From Schizochytrium sp. TIO01 (taxonomy: Eukaryota; Protista; Bigyra: Labyrinthulomycetes), in NCBI GenBank assembly GCA_004764695.1, contig SMSO01000037.1, positions 1,154,747 through 1,218,746 on the forward strand: a stretch of 64,000 bases of DNA, given 5' to 3'. Made by a program: the position numbers and the translations under genes. Position 1 is the stretch's first letter; each line of letters begins with the position of its first letter. This document shows positions 61,601 to 64,000 of the stretch, piece after piece. A model generated the notes under the pieces. The model had not been told where the DNA came from, searched no databases, and saw only the letters and a program-made list of their open reading frames with translations.

Positions 61601-62245
61601 GCTCTAGAGATAAACACGAACTTGGGTACCGTCTGTGCATTGCAACTATTATGATGTGCCTCGCAGGCAACAACGCGGTCGTGATGAAAGGCAGTATACC
61701 TACCTGTCCATAAATGCGATCCCCGCCAGCGTCGGCTTAGGCAATGAGGTGAGCTACAAGGTTTTCAGGTTCGTTTTACTTTGAAAACAACGCTTGATGT
61801 TGATGAGATTGAACGAGGGCCAAGATTTGGGAACCGCCACTGCAAAACGTAGTTTGAGAGGACTCGCCATACTCGTGAGGCATTGTTGTAATCTGCTTGG
61901 GCAAGCAGAGACGAGACGTTTGGCTAGTTGAAAATATTCAAGTTGGTCCTCCACGCAGAAGAGTGACACTAAGTATGACGCCGTCAAAAATCATCAAGCA
62001 AAGATATTCAAGTACTTCTCAGAGAGGCGGCTCCAGGTTAGCACCATAGCATCAAAACCAGCTCGTCGCCTTGAGTCGTAGTTGAACCTAGCAGTGCTTG
62101 CAGGATCATGCTGCACATGCGGGCGGTACGAGGGGAAAGTTCAAGATCGAAAATATCCAACAAGTCATCGAAGAAATATATGCATACTATAATTACAGCA
62201 TTCTTGTTGGTACTATTGAGTCTACTCAGGAAGGGCCCAAAAGAC

Positions 62246-64000
62246 TCACGAGAGTGCTTCAAGTTCAGATCGAACTCGATGGAATTCTGTCTGTAGTCGC
62301 TGTAATGTTGAGTCATCCTCACCATGAAGAGCCATTTCAAGGCTTAACTGCTGAAGCCGAAGGTTAAGCCGTCGGAGATCCTGTGACGAGCGCAAGCCTT
62401 CCGCGTCGTCCTCGCCTAGTGCACTGAGACCTAACATTCCGCTGCGATCAATGCTCGCTGAGGAACCATGGCTGAAGCGCAGCTGCTCCATCGCAGCGAC
62501 ATTTGAAGTACCGGCGTCAACAGAATCGTCAGCGGCACGTAGAGGGGAAGGGGCGAAGCCTGTTACAGCGCGCCTTAAGCTGTCGTTGTCATCGTTATCA
62601 CTATTCTCGCCATAGTGATGTTGGTTGTGGTTGTGGTTGTTGTTGTTGTTGTTGTTGTTGTTGCTGTTGACACTAATGCTACTGTTGCTATGGCGGATTG
62701 GACTGTTGCTCATCATGCTCTCGCCTACTTGAAAAAAATCTTTCTTCGCAATCGGACTTCCCTGAAAACCTGCTTCGACGCCAATGTCATGTCTTCTACG
62801 TGCGCCACCTGCAAGACCATCCACTCCGTCTTCCTCCTGCTCCTCATCATCCTCATCAGCAAAACTTGATTCCAGAGTTCCGGACTCTGGAGATCTATGA
62901 ATTGCAAAATTAGTATTGAAATAATCAACTGTTCCCCCCTGGCTGCGCCGAGGGGGTGTATGAACTGAACGATAGTCACTTAAGCGCTCGGCAGCTCCTC
63001 CTGCAACGCCGTGAAACATGCGCGGGTGGTGCAGGTGGTGATGGTTTCGGGTAGGTGCCATATGGTCATTGGAGACATCTTCTATGTAACCTTCGCCTTC
63101 GTAGTCCTCCTCATTTTCAGTATAGACATTATCACCACTTTTCAGCGAACCGGCTTCCTTGTCTTCTCCTAACAAGCCATCTTTTCGATACCCAAACTTT
63201 CCTAGACCCTCTTCTTCTTCTTCATCCCAGGTACCTTGGCCAACATCAGATACAACTTCATCAGCATTTGCACCACGAGCATTTCGAATCATGCCTAAAT
63301 GCACATCGCTAGCATCCATAGCAACACCATCCTCCTTGAGAAGGTCCTCACGAGTCTTGAGCGATTTTTCTAGCATCTGCAAACAGTTGCGTAATTTATC
63401 GTGATATGATGAAGGGTCTTCATCATTATCAGAGTAAGCGCTTGAAGATGATTCCTCTTCATCTTCTGTCCCAACAGCACGTTCATGTGAACCCATGCCG
63501 TACACCAATTGTTGATTTCCTTGATACAAAAGGTCCCGCTGATGCTGTAAATGAACTAGACGATTCGCCTGTTGTATTAATTCTTGAAAACGCTCCTCGA
63601 TAGTAGCTTGCCGCTTCTGTAGACGTAGTGCATTGTCACGCATAGCCTCAACCTCGTCAGAACCTAAAGTTAGCTCTTCATCCGCAAGGAGCTCCTCACG
63701 TTGTTTGAAAACATGCGCTTGAACCTTAACTGCATCAGCTGCAATCTCGCACATATCTTCACTCAAAGGCTGAGTCAGGTGTTCTGACTTGATTGGTGTC
63801 AGGAGGCTTGTTAAACGTTTTAACCGGTGCATGCTTGCCTCAGCCGCATGAAGAAGGCTTTTTATCTGGGAATCAAGAGTATCAAGTTGGCTCAGTTGCG
63901 TCTGTCGAACTCGTGACATTTCTGAACGCTCTTCGCTCTCGCTTTCCTCGTTCTGAACCTTATTCTGGATTGAGTGACTTTTATCGTTTGCTCTGGAGGT
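62246..64000 (-). CDS. Hypothetical coiled-coil/acidic low-complexity protein, 5'-truncated by the window edge
   Basis: The frame of ORF 62246-63919 stays open to position 64000 (TSRANDK...EERSEMSR). Heptad-rich N-part with acidic and poly-Asn tracts. The 3' end probably continues past 62246 via frame breaks. Confidence 0.8.
   Translation of the reverse strand, partial: TSRANDKSHSIQNKVQNEESESEERSEMSRVRQTQLSQLDTLDSQIKSLLHAAEASMHRLKRLTSLLTPIKSEHLTQPLSEDMCEIAADAVKVQAHVFKQREELLADEELTLGSDEVEAMRDNALRLQKRQATIEERFQELIQQANRLVHLQHQRDLLYQGNQQLVYGMGSHERAVGTEDEEESSSSAYSDNDEDPSSYHDKLRNCLQMLEKSLKTREDLLKEDGVAMDASDVHLGMIRNARGANADEVVSDVGQGTWDEEEEEGLGKFGYRKDGLLGEDKEAGSLKSGDNVYTENEEDYEGEGYIEDVSNDHMAPTRNHHHLHHPRMFHGVAGGAAERLSDYRSVHTPPRRSQGGTVDYFNTNFAIHRSPESGTLESSFADEDDEEQEEDGVDGLAGGARRRHDIGVEAGFQGSPIAKKDFFQVGESMMSNSPIRHSNSSISVNSNNNNNNNNNHNHNQHHYGENSDNDDNDSLRRAVTGFAPSPLRAADDSVDAGTSNVAAMEQLRFSHGSSASIDRSGMLGLSALGEDDAEGLRSSQDLRRLNLRLQQLSLEMALHGEDDSTLQRLQTEFHRVRSELEALS

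Overview
Eukaryotic protist genomic DNA, most consistent with a thraustochytrid/labyrinthulomycete such as Aurantiochytrium or Schizochytrium. This is inferred from long, nearly intron-free ORFs, moderate GC, microsatellite-rich spacers and expanded lipid genes; it is not proven. The window holds a giant multi-C2/transmembrane (MCTP-like) gene with a C-terminal PH-like domain and a tandem array of four bubblegum-type long-chain acyl-CoA synthetases, all starting with an N-myristoylation motif. It also encodes V-ATPase subunit e, two EF-hand proteins, an N-terminally membrane-anchored APRT, a Zn-dependent MDR dehydrogenase, a stand-alone RapZ C-terminal-domain protein, TrmO, an exosome RNase PH subunit, a membrane-anchored M14 carboxypeptidase and several orphans. 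At least six clean +1 reading-frame breaks split otherwise intact genes. Homopolymer-insertion assembly errors are the most likely cause, though the APRT site (CCC-TTT-TAA) looks like a classic shifty stop. A roughly 8-kb gene-poor, microsatellite-rich tract ends in a 47-bp tandem repeat whose palindromic core shows compensatory substitutions. No rRNA, tRNA, CRISPR array or intact transposon was recognised.
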